Positions 46,268 through 55,390 of a DNA stretch of 64,000 nucleotides are shown in pieces. The stretch is from NCBI GenBank assembly GCA_019115825.1, contig DXCV01000036.1, positions 20,538 to 84,537 of the forward strand. Reading direction: 5' to 3'. This stretch comes from Candidatus Bacteroides pullicola. Its GTDB lineage: Bacteria > Bacteroidota > Bacteroidia > Bacteroidales > Bacteroidaceae. A model generated the notes under the pieces. It did no database searches, was not told the origin of the DNA, and saw only the letters and a program-made list of their open reading frames with translations. The stretch's first letter is position 1; each line of letters starts with the position of its first letter. A program made the translations under genes and the position numbers.

Positions 46268-47392
46268 TTATTTATAAAGTTGTACGTCTGCGGCAAAGAG
46301 TGTCCGCGGGTTCTTGTAGAACTCCACGAAGTCGGCTGCTGAGGCTTGGCCGGGATAGGGGGCATAGAAGTGCGTCACCTTCTCGCGGGCATTGCGCCAC
46401 ACCAGGACGTAGGACAAGCTGGGATATTTCTCCAGGGCAGGATAGAGGGTGCCTGTCCACCACTTGGCGTCGGGGATGCCTTCGTAGCCGATTTCCGTCA
46501 CGGCAGGCACTTTGTCGTGAGTCTTGCCGATGGTCGTGATGATGCCCAGCATACGGTCCAACCCGTCGAGGAAAGCTTGCTTGTCAAATTGGTAGGTATC
46601 AAAGCCGATGACGTCGATGAGGTCGTCACCCGGATAGCGGGCCAAGTATTGGGTGGTGTCCTGCGGTTCCGTCCCCGACGAATAGGCATAGAGCGCATTG
46701 TCCACGCCGTGTACGCTGAGGCTGTCCACCGTCATGCGCCACAACGTCTTGTATTCGTCAGCCGTGCAGAGCTTCTCGCCCCACCAGAACCAACTGCCGG
46801 TGTGTTCGTGCCACGGGCGGAAGAGGACAGGAATCTTCACGCCTTCGGGGGTCTGCAACGAATTCAGGAAGTCGGCCACGCTGCCCAGCCAACCGGCAAA
46901 CTTGGCGTGGTTCTCACCGCCGGGCAGGATGGATTTCACCACCGTCGTGTCGCTCACGTCCCATGCGTCGCCACCGGTCTTGGGATTGCGTGCGTGCCAG
47001 CTCAAGGACACCATGCCGCCGCGCTGGTATTGCTTCAGGATTTCCTTGCGCAGGGTGTCGAAAGCCACCTTGTCCAAGTTCTTCGGGCCGCCCAACTCCA
47101 CTTCGCCCAAGTCGAAGCTGATGACAGCAGGGTAGTCGCCACACACGTCCTTCACGTCCGAACGGCCTTCCTCGCCTTCCCAGCCGATGCCGTACACCGT
47201 GTCGTCGTGGTGTCCGAACATGATGCCTTGCGTCGGCGTCTTTTTCAAGCTTGTCAGCAATTTCTCCGTTTCCGGCGTGCGTACTGTTGTCACTTCCTTT
47301 GTCGGCTTCTGTTCTTTGCTGCCCGAGCCGCAAGCTGTGAGCAGTCCTGCCGTCAGAAGCGCGGCAGCCCATGTTTTTTTCTTCATACTCAT
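46268..47392 (-). CDS. GH26 beta-mannanase, lipoprotein
   Basis: LTAC lipobox, FGHHDD, FRPWHEHTGSWFWWG, YPGDD, TEIG, WRN. Confidence 0.92.
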   Translation of the reverse strand: MSMKKKTWAAALLTAGLLTACGSGSKEQKPTKEVTTVRTPETEKLLTSLKKTPTQGIMFGHHDDTVYGIGWEGEEGRSDVKDVCGDYPAVISFDLGEVELGGPKNLDKVAFDTLRKEILKQYQRGGMVSLSWHARNPKTGGDAWDVSDTTVVKSILPGGENHAKFAGWLGSVADFLNSLQTPEGVKIPVLFRPWHEHTGSWFWWGEKLCTADEYKTLWRMTVDSLSVHGVDNALYAYSSGTEPQDTTQYLARYPGDDLIDVIGFDTYQFDKQAFLDGLDRMLGIITTIGKTHDKVPAVTEIGYEGIPDAKWWTGTLYPALEKYPSLSYVLVWRNAREKVTHFYAPYPGQASAADFVEFYKNPRTLFAADVQLYK

Positions 47393-47435
47393 GCTTTTCA
47401 AGATGTAATAGTTATTGTAGTTTTATTTCACAGCA

Positions 47436-47443
47436 CAAAGGTA
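47436..47443 (-). promoter_or_regulatory. -7 box of the mannan operon promoter
   Basis: TACCTTTG on the minus strand, about 45 nt upstream of the start codon. Confidence 0.55.
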
Positions 47444-47516
47444 GTCCATTAGGAAATACAATACTGATACTATTTTATCCCTTTGCTATATTTTTACGAC
47501 AGTATGAAAGAAAAAA

Positions 47517-47570
47517 TGCGGATTACGCCCATCCCCCGGGGCAAAACCGGTGGAATCTGCGTAATCCGCA
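47517..47570. repeat. Palindromic element, GCGGATTAC/GTAATCCGC family
   Basis: TGCGGATTACGC...GCGTAATCCGCA perfect 12-bp inverted repeat. Confidence 0.75.
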
Positions 47571-47597
47571 CTTGGAAAACCGTTTCAGGCTCTCTGT

Positions 47598-49130
47598 TTA
47601 CAGCGGCATATTGCCGTGCTTCTTGGGCGGATTGCTTTGGTTCTTGTTGTGCGCCATCTCCAGGGCCTGCACCAGCTTGTAGCGGGTATCGCGCGGCATG
47701 ATGATTTCATCAATGTAGCCACGCTCGGCGGCACGGTAGGGATTGTTGAACTTCTCTTCATACTCCTTGATGATGCCGGTCTTCTCTTCGGGCGAAGCCT
47801 TGCGGTAGAGGATGTTCACGGCACCCTCGGCTCCCATTACGGCAATCTGCGCCTGCGGATAGGCCAGGTTGATGTCCGCGCCCGTGGGCTTGCTGGACAT
47901 GACGATGTAGGCGCCGCCGTAAGCCTTGCGGGTGATGAGCGTGATTTTGGGCACGGTGGCCTCGGCGTAGGCGTAGACAATCTTCGCGCCGTGGCGGATG
48001 ATGCCGTTGTGCTCCTGCACGGTGCCGGGCAGGAAGCCGGGCACGTCCTCAAACGTAATGATGGGGATGTTGAAGCAGTCGCAGAAGCGTATGAAGCGGG
48101 CGGCCTTGTCGCTGGCGTCGATATCCAGCACACCGGCCAGGTAGGCAGGCTGGTTGGCCACGATGCCCACGGAGCGTCCGTTGAGGCGACCGAAGCCGAT
48201 GACCACATTCTTCGCGAAGTGGGGCATCACCTCGAAGAAGTACTGGTTGTCCAGCACCGGCTCGATGATGTCCTTGATGTCGTAGGGCAGGTTCGGGTCT
48301 TCGGGGATGACCGTCTGCAGGGCCTCCGTCTGGCGATGGATGTCGTCCGTGCAGGGGGTGAAGGGGGCGTCCTCCATGTTGTTGCTGGGCAAAAAGCTCA
48401 GCAGCTCGCGGATGGTCATCATCGTCTCCTCCTCGTTGTTGCACATGAAGTGGGTGACGCCGCTCTTCGAACTATGCGTGTAGGCGCCGCCCAGCTCTTC
48501 CTTGTCCACCACCTCGTTGGTGACGGTCTTCACCACGTCCGGGCCGGTGATGAACATGTGGCTCTGCTCCTTCACCATGAAGATGAAGTCGGTCAACGCA
48601 GGGGAGTAGCAGGCACCGCCGGCACAAGGACCGAGGATGGCGGAAATCTGCGGGATGACGCCCGACGCGATGGTGTTCTGATAGAAAATGGAGGCATAGC
48701 CTTCCAGGCTGTTCACGCCTTCCTGGATGCGGGCGCCGCCCGAGTCGTTCAGGGCGATGATGGGCGCGCCGTTCTTCAGCGCCAATTCCTGCACCTTGAC
48801 AATCTTGGCGGCATTGGTCTCGCTCAGCGAACCGCCGTGTGCCGTGAAGTCGTAGGCATAGACAAACACCAGGCGGCCGTCTATCTTGCCGTAACCCGTC
48901 ACCATGCCATCGCCGGGGATTTGTTTCTTCTCCATGCCGAAGTTGGTGCAACGGTGGTTGACGAACTTGTCCAGCTCGTTGAACGTGCCTTTGTCCAGCA
49001 GCAGCTCGATGCGCTCGCGGGCGGTCATCTTGCCCATGGTGTGCTGCTTCTCTATCTTGTCCACGCCGCCGCCCAGGGAGGCGCGCTTGTCCAGCTCTTC
49101 GAATTGCTGGTATATTTCTTCTCTGTTCAT
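47598..49130 (-). CDS. Acyl-CoA carboxylase carboxyltransferase subunit (PccB-like)
   Basis: DSGGARIQEG, GPCAGG, DVPGFLPG, RKAYGGAY, KKHGNMPL. Confidence 0.93.
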   Translation of the reverse strand: MNREEIYQQFEELDKRASLGGGVDKIEKQHTMGKMTARERIELLLDKGTFNELDKFVNHRCTNFGMEKKQIPGDGMVTGYGKIDGRLVFVYAYDFTAHGGSLSETNAAKIVKVQELALKNGAPIIALNDSGGARIQEGVNSLEGYASIFYQNTIASGVIPQISAILGPCAGGACYSPALTDFIFMVKEQSHMFITGPDVVKTVTNEVVDKEELGGAYTHSSKSGVTHFMCNNEEETMMTIRELLSFLPSNNMEDAPFTPCTDDIHRQTEALQTVIPEDPNLPYDIKDIIEPVLDNQYFFEVMPHFAKNVVIGFGRLNGRSVGIVANQPAYLAGVLDIDASDKAARFIRFCDCFNIPIITFEDVPGFLPGTVQEHNGIIRHGAKIVYAYAEATVPKITLITRKAYGGAYIVMSSKPTGADINLAYPQAQIAVMGAEGAVNILYRKASPEEKTGIIKEYEEKFNNPYRAAERGYIDEIIMPRDTRYKLVQALEMAHNKNQSNPPKKHGNMPL

Positions 49131-49132
49131 GA

Positions 49133-49654
49133 TTATTCCTCTTCTTCCTTGATTACTTCCAGTTCAATCAATGTCTGGTTGGCATTGACGGCCTCGCCCT
49201 CTGCCACCAGGATGTTGCGCACGATGCAGTCGGCATTGACCTTGTAGTTGCTCTGCATCTTCATGGCTTCCAGCACAATGGCGATGTCGCCTGCTGCCAG
49301 TTGGTCGCCCACTTTGACGGGGATGCTGACCACCTTGCCGGGCATGGGGGCCACAATCTTGTCGCCCTGCTTCTCGTCGGCGCCCTTGCGGGTGTGCAGG
49401 TATTTGGCCTGCGTGTCCACGATGTCCACGTGGAAGGAGCGCGTCAGGATATTGACATCGTAGTTCTTGCCGCCCTCGCCGCGCACCAAGCCGGCGTTGA
49501 ACGAGTTGCCGTTGTGCAGGATGGAGCAGTTGCCGTTCTCGGCCATCACGATGTCCACCTCCACGGGTTGTCCGTCGATGGTGAGCTGCACCTTGTTGCC
49601 TTCTTTGCTGACCAGCGTGACGTCGGCCACGCGGTCTCCGATATGTATTTCCAT
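49133..49654 (-). CDS. Biotin carboxyl carrier protein
   Basis: APMPGKV, EAMKM biotinylation motif. Confidence 0.93.
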   Translation of the reverse strand: MEIHIGDRVADVTLVSKEGNKVQLTIDGQPVEVDIVMAENGNCSILHNGNSFNAGLVRGEGGKNYDVNILTRSFHVDIVDTQAKYLHTRKGADEKQGDKIVAPMPGKVVSIPVKVGDQLAAGDIAIVLEAMKMQSNYKVNADCIVRNILVAEGEAVNANQTLIELEVIKEEEE

Positions 49655-49683
49655 AATGATATGATATTCGTTTTACGTCTATA

Positions 49684-49749
49684 TTGCCAAAGTTCTGCCT
49701 TGGCTGTGTCAAAGTGCCTCCTTGACCTTGCCAAAGTTCTGCCTTGGCT
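49684..49749. repeat. 3 x 22-bp tandem array, family B
   Basis: TTGCCAAAGTTCTGCCTTGGCT exact at 49684 and 49728; variant GTGTCAAAGTGCCTCCTTGACC between them. Confidence 0.85.
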
Positions 49750-49762
49750 CTTTTGAACCGCC

Positions 49763-51274
49763 TTAGATTCTCAGCACGCCTTTCTGCAAGCCGAACTCGC
49801 GCCAACGGCTGATGGGGCGCGCGTCGGGCAGTTGGGCGGATGCGTTTTCCTCCAGGTTCACCAGATAATCCATGTAGGCGGCTATCATGGCGATGTTCTC
49901 CAACTCCTCGTTGTGGGTGTTGTTGCGCACCAGCATCTTGGCGTTCTTCGCAATGAAGAGCGTGTTGTATTCGCCGCGCACGAAGTCGGGCACGTGCATG
50001 ATGCGCTTCAAATAGGCCAGGTTGGTCTTCAAGCCCGTAATCTTGTATTCGTAGAGCACGCGGCGCATACGCTCAATAGCATATTGGCGGGTGGTGGCCC
50101 ATACGATGAGCTTGCCAATCATGGGGTCGTAGTAGATGGGGATTTCATAGCCCTCGTAGACGTAGCTGTCTATGCGGACGCCGATGCCGTTCGGCTCGGT
50201 CAGTTGCTTGATGATGCCGGGCGAAGGCATGAAGTTGTTCTCCGTGTCCTCGGCGCAGATGCGGCACTCGATGGCATGGCCACGTTGGAAGAGTTCTTCC
50301 TGATGCAGGTGCAGCACCTCGTCGTTGGCGATGCGGATTTGCTCCTTCACCAGGTCCACACCCATCACTTCCTCCGTGATGGGATGCTCCACCTGCAAGC
50401 GGGTGTTCATCTCCAGGAAATAGAAGTGGCGGTGCTTGTCCACCAGAAACTCGATGGTACCTGCGCCGCTATAGTTGACAGCCTTGGCGGCTGCCACGGC
50501 TTTCTCGCCCATCTCCTTGCGGAGTTCGGGAGTGAGGAAAGGCGAAGGGCTTTCTTCCACAATCTTCTGGTTGCGGCGTTGCACGGAGCATTCGCGGTCG
50601 AAGAGGTGAATGACGTTGCCGTGGTTGTCGCCCAGGATTTGGAATTCGATGTGGTGCGGCTCCTCCACGAACTTCTCCAGGTAGACGGTGTCGTCGCCGA
50701 AGGAGGACATGGATTCGGAGCGGGCGGTGTTGTAGGCTTCTTCCACCTCATCTTCGCTGTGGATGAGGCGCATGCCCTTGCCGCCGCCGCCCATCGAGGC
50801 TTTCAGCATGACGGGATAACCGATTTCATTGCAGATGCGGCGAGCCTCCTTCGCGCTTTGCAGGGGCTGCTCGGTGCCGGGCACCACGGGTACGCCGGCG
50901 GCAATCATACGCTTGCGGGCGGCAATCTTGTCGCCCATGGCCTCCATGGTTTCGGGGGCCGGTCCGATGAAGATGATGCCCTCCTCGCGGCAACGACGGG
51001 CAAAGTCGGCATTCTCCGACAAGAAGCCGTAGCCCGGATGGATGGCGTCAGCGCCGCAACGCTTGGCTGTGGCAATCACTTTCTCGATGTTCAGATAACT
51101 TTCCTTTGCCACGGCCGGGCCTATGCAATAGGCTTCATCCGCATACGACACGTGGTGCGACGTGCGGTCGGCCTCGGAGAAGACGGCCACGCTCAAGATT
51201 CCCATCTCACGGCAGGAACGCATCACGCGCACGGCGATTTCTCCTCTGTTGGCAATCAATACTTTCTTTATCAT
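49763..51274 (-). CDS. accC: Biotin carboxylase subunit
   Basis: ANRGEIA, HPGYGFLSEN, GGGGKGMR, EMNTRLQVEH. Confidence 0.93.
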   Translation of the reverse strand: MIKKVLIANRGEIAVRVMRSCREMGILSVAVFSEADRTSHHVSYADEAYCIGPAVAKESYLNIEKVIATAKRCGADAIHPGYGFLSENADFARRCREEGIIFIGPAPETMEAMGDKIAARKRMIAAGVPVVPGTEQPLQSAKEARRICNEIGYPVMLKASMGGGGKGMRLIHSEDEVEEAYNTARSESMSSFGDDTVYLEKFVEEPHHIEFQILGDNHGNVIHLFDRECSVQRRNQKIVEESPSPFLTPELRKEMGEKAVAAAKAVNYSGAGTIEFLVDKHRHFYFLEMNTRLQVEHPITEEVMGVDLVKEQIRIANDEVLHLHQEELFQRGHAIECRICAEDTENNFMPSPGIIKQLTEPNGIGVRIDSYVYEGYEIPIYYDPMIGKLIVWATTRQYAIERMRRVLYEYKITGLKTNLAYLKRIMHVPDFVRGEYNTLFIAKNAKMLVRNNTHNEELENIAMIAAYMDYLVNLEENASAQLPDARPISRWREFGLQKGVLRI

Positions 51275-51360
51275 AGTCTTTACAAACTTGTTTCGCTGTT
51301 ATCGGGGGCAAAGATACAACTTTTTTCAAAGATATTCCTCATTTTGCACAGCTATATCCT

Positions 51361-51433
51361 TGCCCGTGCTTGGGCGTACCCGCGCCCGTGCTTAGGCGAG
51401 CGTGCGCCCGTGCTTAGGCGTACCTGCGCCTAA
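51361..51433. repeat. 22-bp tandem array, family A (second copy)
   Basis: Units TGCTTGGGCGTACCCGCGCCCG / TGCTTAGGCGAGCGTGCGCCCG / TGCTTAGGCGTACCTGCGCCTA at 51367, 51389, 51411. Confidence 0.85.
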
Positions 51434-51462
51434 AGCCTATGAATCAGGCGGCTATAAACGAA

Positions 51463-51496
51463 GAAGGCGGGAACTTCCGCCCTGGTTCCCGCCTTC
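51463..51496 (-). terminator. Terminator of the small-ORF transcript
   Basis: Perfect 12-bp stem GAAGGCGGGAAC/GTTCCCGCCTTC, then TTCGTTT on the minus strand. Confidence 0.65.
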
Positions 51497-51540
51497 CGCT
51501 ACATCCTGTGGTGTAGATATAAGTTCATACTTTATTTTCT

Positions 51541-51678
51541 TCACAAAGCCGAGGCTTGCTGGGCAAGCAGCTTCTGCAGCTTGCTGTTCAAGACCTGGCA
51601 CATGGTACCGTTGCGCATAGCTTGGTAACGCTTGATTTGGTACCGCAACATTAAGATCTCATTTACGTTTTTTTCCAT
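51541..51678 (-). CDS. Small hypothetical protein (45 aa)
   Basis: MEKNVNEILMLRYQIKRYQAMRNGTMCQVLNSKLQKLLAQQASAL; TATCTTTG promoter at 51757-51764 (minus) and a downstream terminator. Confidence 0.6.
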   Translation of the reverse strand: MEKNVNEILMLRYQIKRYQAMRNGTMCQVLNSKLQKLLAQQASAL

Positions 51679-51917
51679 AATCGTCTTGGTTTGTGCTCCC
51701 GCGTTTCGGGAGCGGTTAAACATCTTGTTATCCTGTTCTTTTTCTTTTTGACGTTGCAAAGATAAGCATAATCTGCGAGAAATATGTTGTACAACATAAA
51801 AATCTGCGTTTTTTTGGCTTTTTTTAGCCGAAAAGAGCGTTTTGGCAAGTAGATATTACAATTATGCGAAGATATTCACTATATTTGTCCCACTTAAAAC
51901 CCATACCATATTATATT

Positions 51918-54614
51918 ATGAAACGAATCATTCCCCTTTGCTTAGGATTATGCCTGGCATTCTTTGTGAGTTCATGCGGCGGTAATGCCCATTTCATTAC
52001 CGACGAAGCCTACCGCGCCCGAGTGGAGCAAGACTTTGCTCAGAAACAAGCCTTGTTGCCCCATGGCGACCTGTTTGCCGTGTTCGACACGGAGTTGACC
52101 CCCTATGAGCGCGAGGCGCTGGAGTTCCTCTACGCTTATATGCCTCTGCCGGATATTGCCGACTTCCCGGGCGAGTTCCACCTGGCCAACTTGCGCGCCT
52201 CCCTGCGTGCCGCCGAGGAAATGCCTTGGGGAAAGACAGTGCCCGAAGACCTTTTCCGTCACTTCGTCCTCCCTACACGTATTAACAACGAGAAGTTGGA
52301 CAGCGCGCGCTTTGTCTTCTATGCCGAGTTGAAAGACCGCGTGAAGAATCTCTCCATGACCGACGCCGTCCTCGAAGTGAACCACTGGTGCCACGAGAAG
52401 GTGGTTTATCAGCCTACGGACGGACGTACCAGTTCGCCCCTTTCCACGGTGCGGACGGCCTACGGGCGTTGCGGTGAGGAATCTACCTTCCTGGTGACTG
52501 CTCTCCGCTCGGTAGGCATCCCGGCCCGCCAGGTTTACACCCCGCGCTGGGCGCATACCGACGATAACCATGCTTGGGTGGAAGCCTGGGCCGATGGCAA
52601 ATGGCACTTCCTGGGCGCCTGCGAGCCTGAGCCGGTGCTCGACCTGGGTTGGTTTAACGCCCCGGCCAGCCGCGGTATGCTGATGCACACGGATGTTTTC
52701 GGTTATTACAATGGAGTCGAGGAAGTAATGTCCCGGAATCCTAACCTCACGGAGATAAATATTACGTCCAATTATGCCCCCGTGGCTGCGGTGAAGGTGC
52801 AGGTGGCCGATGAAAGCGGCAATCCCGTGGCCGATGCTTGCGTGGAGTTCAAGATATACAATTACGGCGAGTTCTATACCGTGGGCACCAAGTACACCGG
52901 CACGGACGGCACTTGCAGCCTGAGCGCCGGTTTGGGCGATATGCTGGTATGGGCTTCGAAGGACGGACGTTTCGGCTTTGCCAAGGTGTCCTTCGGCAAG
53001 CAACAGGAGCTGACCGTGAAACTGGATAAACAAGAAGGCGACCTCTTTACCGAAACCTTTGACATCGTGCCGCCGGTGGAGAACGCCAATCTGCCTGAAG
53101 TGACTCCCGAGCAGCGGGCCGAGAACGACCGCCGCATGGCGCAGGAGGACTCCATCCGCAACGCCTATACGGCTACCTTCTTCCACGATGACAAGGCACG
53201 CGAGTTCGTGGCCACGCTGTCCGGTCTGAAACCGGAAGAGGCTGACCGCGCCGCCCAGTATCTGGTGCGCTCGTGCGGCAACCACGAGACTTTGACCCGC
53301 TTCCTTACGATGGCTTCCAACGAAGGAAAGGCATCACTGGCCGTGAGCCTGTTGGGTAGCAACTCTTTGTCGGACAAAGACCTTCGCGATGTCAGCTATG
53401 AGGTCTTGGTGGACAACTTCCTGAACACTCCCGATGTGAAGACTGACCGCTACGTCAGCGACCTGCTGAGCCCGCGCGTATCCATCGAAAATTTGGTGCC
53501 CTATAAGTCCTACTTCCAGAATGCCATTAACGGAGACCTGGCCGAGACATTCCGTCAGCAGCCACAACGTTTGGTAGAGTGGTGCAAGGACTCCATCGCC
53601 ATCCATGACGAACAGAACACGCAAGGTATGCCCATGTCGCCCATCGGCGTATGGAAAGCACGTGTGGCCGACCGCCATTCGCGCGACGTGTTCTTCGTGT
53701 CTGTGGCCCGCAGTTTGGGCATCCCCGCCTGGAAGGATGCAGTGACGGGCAAGGTGCGCTACCAAGACCTCGCCAATCGTGACGGGAAGAAAGGTGGCGT
53801 CATCTATGACGTGGACTTTGAGCAAGGTTCCGCCCAAGAGGTTCCGCCCACGGGCCAGCTGACTGCTTCCTACAAGCCGACGCCGGTGTTGGACGACCCC
53901 AAGTACTATTCGCACTTCTCCATGTCCAAGTGCGTGGATGGCCGTCTCCAGTTGCAGAACTATGATGAGAACTCGGCCGTATGGTCCACCCTGCTGAAAA
54001 AGCCCCGCGCTGTGCCGGAAGGATACTACGTGATGGTGACGGGCACACGCTTGGCCAGCGGTGGCGTGTTGACTCACATCAGCTCCTTCAACATCGAGCC
54101 GGGCAAGTCTACCAACATTCCTTTGGTGATGCGCGAAAGCGAAGATGAGGTTCAAGTGATAGGCAGCTTTAATGCCGAAACGCTCTTCACGCCGTTGGAA
54201 GGCGGGAAGCCAGCTGCCGAGCCTAAGAGCTTCCTGGCCGCCTGCGGACGTGGCTACTATGTGGTCGGCATCCTCGGCCCGGGACAAGAACCCACGAACC
54301 ACGCCTTGAAAGACATTGCCAAGTTGAATAAGGACCTAGAGGCATGGGGGCGCAAGATGGTGCTGCTCTTCCCCGATGAGGCACAATACAAGAAGTATCA
54401 CGAGAAAGACTTCCCCGGCCTGCCGAACACCATCATCTATGGTTTCGACACGCACGGAGCCGCCACACAGATTGCCAGTGAGATGAAGCTGCGCAACAAG
54501 AGTTCGTTGCCCATCTTCATCATCACCGACACATTCAACCGCGTTGTGTTCGTATCCCAAGGCTATACCATCGGCCTGGGCGAACAACTGATGCGCACCA
54601 TCAGAGGTCTGTAA
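51918..54614 (+). CDS. Transglutaminase-like domain lipoprotein
   Basis: Signal peptide ending VSSC; GRCGEES...ALRSVGIPAR...HAWVEAW; second degenerate repeat VARSLGIPA. Confidence 0.85.
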   Translation: MKRIIPLCLGLCLAFFVSSCGGNAHFITDEAYRARVEQDFAQKQALLPHGDLFAVFDTELTPYEREALEFLYAYMPLPDIADFPGEFHLANLRASLRAAEEMPWGKTVPEDLFRHFVLPTRINNEKLDSARFVFYAELKDRVKNLSMTDAVLEVNHWCHEKVVYQPTDGRTSSPLSTVRTAYGRCGEESTFLVTALRSVGIPARQVYTPRWAHTDDNHAWVEAWADGKWHFLGACEPEPVLDLGWFNAPASRGMLMHTDVFGYYNGVEEVMSRNPNLTEINITSNYAPVAAVKVQVADESGNPVADACVEFKIYNYGEFYTVGTKYTGTDGTCSLSAGLGDMLVWASKDGRFGFAKVSFGKQQELTVKLDKQEGDLFTETFDIVPPVENANLPEVTPEQRAENDRRMAQEDSIRNAYTATFFHDDKAREFVATLSGLKPEEADRAAQYLVRSCGNHETLTRFLTMASNEGKASLAVSLLGSNSLSDKDLRDVSYEVLVDNFLNTPDVKTDRYVSDLLSPRVSIENLVPYKSYFQNAINGDLAETFRQQPQRLVEWCKDSIAIHDEQNTQGMPMSPIGVWKARVADRHSRDVFFVSVARSLGIPAWKDAVTGKVRYQDLANRDGKKGGVIYDVDFEQGSAQEVPPTGQLTASYKPTPVLDDPKYYSHFSMSKCVDGRLQLQNYDENSAVWSTLLKKPRAVPEGYYVMVTGTRLASGGVLTHISSFNIEPGKSTNIPLVMRESEDEVQVIGSFNAETLFTPLEGGKPAAEPKSFLAACGRGYYVVGILGPGQEPTNHALKDIAKLNKDLEAWGRKMVLLFPDEAQYKKYHEKDFPGLPNTIIYGFDTHGAATQIASEMKLRNKSSLPIFIITDTFNRVVFVSQGYTIGLGEQLMRTIRGL

Positions 54615-55353
54615 GGGCAGCGATGGTGTCTGTCACGCGACGGGCTGTGGTCACGGGGCGGGCGTACTCGGAGATGTGTACGGTCCCGCCCATCGAAACG
54701 GCTTCGTTGCGATACTGCATACCGCTGACCACCTCCTCACGAGCTGAGAAATGAAACTCGTGAATGCCCGTCTCCTGAGCGATGCGGGCAATATTCTTCT
54801 CATTCACCCCACAGCCGGCGAGCAAGATGATACGCTCGCCGGCTTTTTCTTGCAGTTCGCGCAAGAGGGGGATGCCCTGTTCAGCGGTGGGTTGCTGGCC
54901 GGAAGTCAGGATGCGGTTGCACCCCAGGGCGATAATCTCCTCCAATGCCTGCAACGGGCGGCGGCACACATCGAAGGCCCGATGGAAGGTGACGGACATC
55001 CCCTCCGAAGCCTCCATCAGCCGTTCCATCAGCGGGAGATCCACATCGCCGTCGGGCGTCAGGCAGCCAAATACTACACCATCGGCTCCCAAACGGCGGG
55101 CATTCTCCACATCCTGCAGCATGATGCGCTGCTCCAGCGGTGAATAGAGGAAGTCACCACCCCGAGGACGGATGATGACGTGCAGGCGCGTTTCCTTCAG
55201 CAACTCACGGGCCAGGGAAATATCGCCAAACGAGGGAGTTGTTCCCCCTTCGGGGATACCTGCGCAAAGTTCGACGCGGTTGGCACCGCCTGCCTGGGCG
55301 GCCAGGCAACTCTCCACGGAATTGGCACACACTTCAAACAAATACTTTTCCAT
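54601..55353 (-). CDS. cutC: CutC-family TIM-barrel protein
   Basis: RVELC...EGGTTPS, IIRPRGGDFLY, TFHRAFD, RILTSG. Confidence 0.93.
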   Translation of the reverse strand: MEKYLFEVCANSVESCLAAQAGGANRVELCAGIPEGGTTPSFGDISLARELLKETRLHVIIRPRGGDFLYSPLEQRIMLQDVENARRLGADGVVFGCLTPDGDVDLPLMERLMEASEGMSVTFHRAFDVCRRPLQALEEIIALGCNRILTSGQQPTAEQGIPLLRELQEKAGERIILLAGCGVNEKNIARIAQETGIHEFHFSAREEVVSGMQYRNEAVSMGGTVHISEYARPVTTARRVTDTIAALTDL

Positions 55354-55390
55354 ACACAAAGGGATTTTTGAGTTAGTAATTACAAATAAC

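Noticed and set aside
49684-49749. Repeat-spacer-repeat pattern as a mini CRISPR
   Set aside because: The 22-bp 'spacer' is itself a variant of the repeat; no cas genes or leader
54601-54614. 14-bp convergent overlap between the transglutaminase-like gene and cutC
   Set aside because: Short tail-to-tail overlaps are common; no evidence of function
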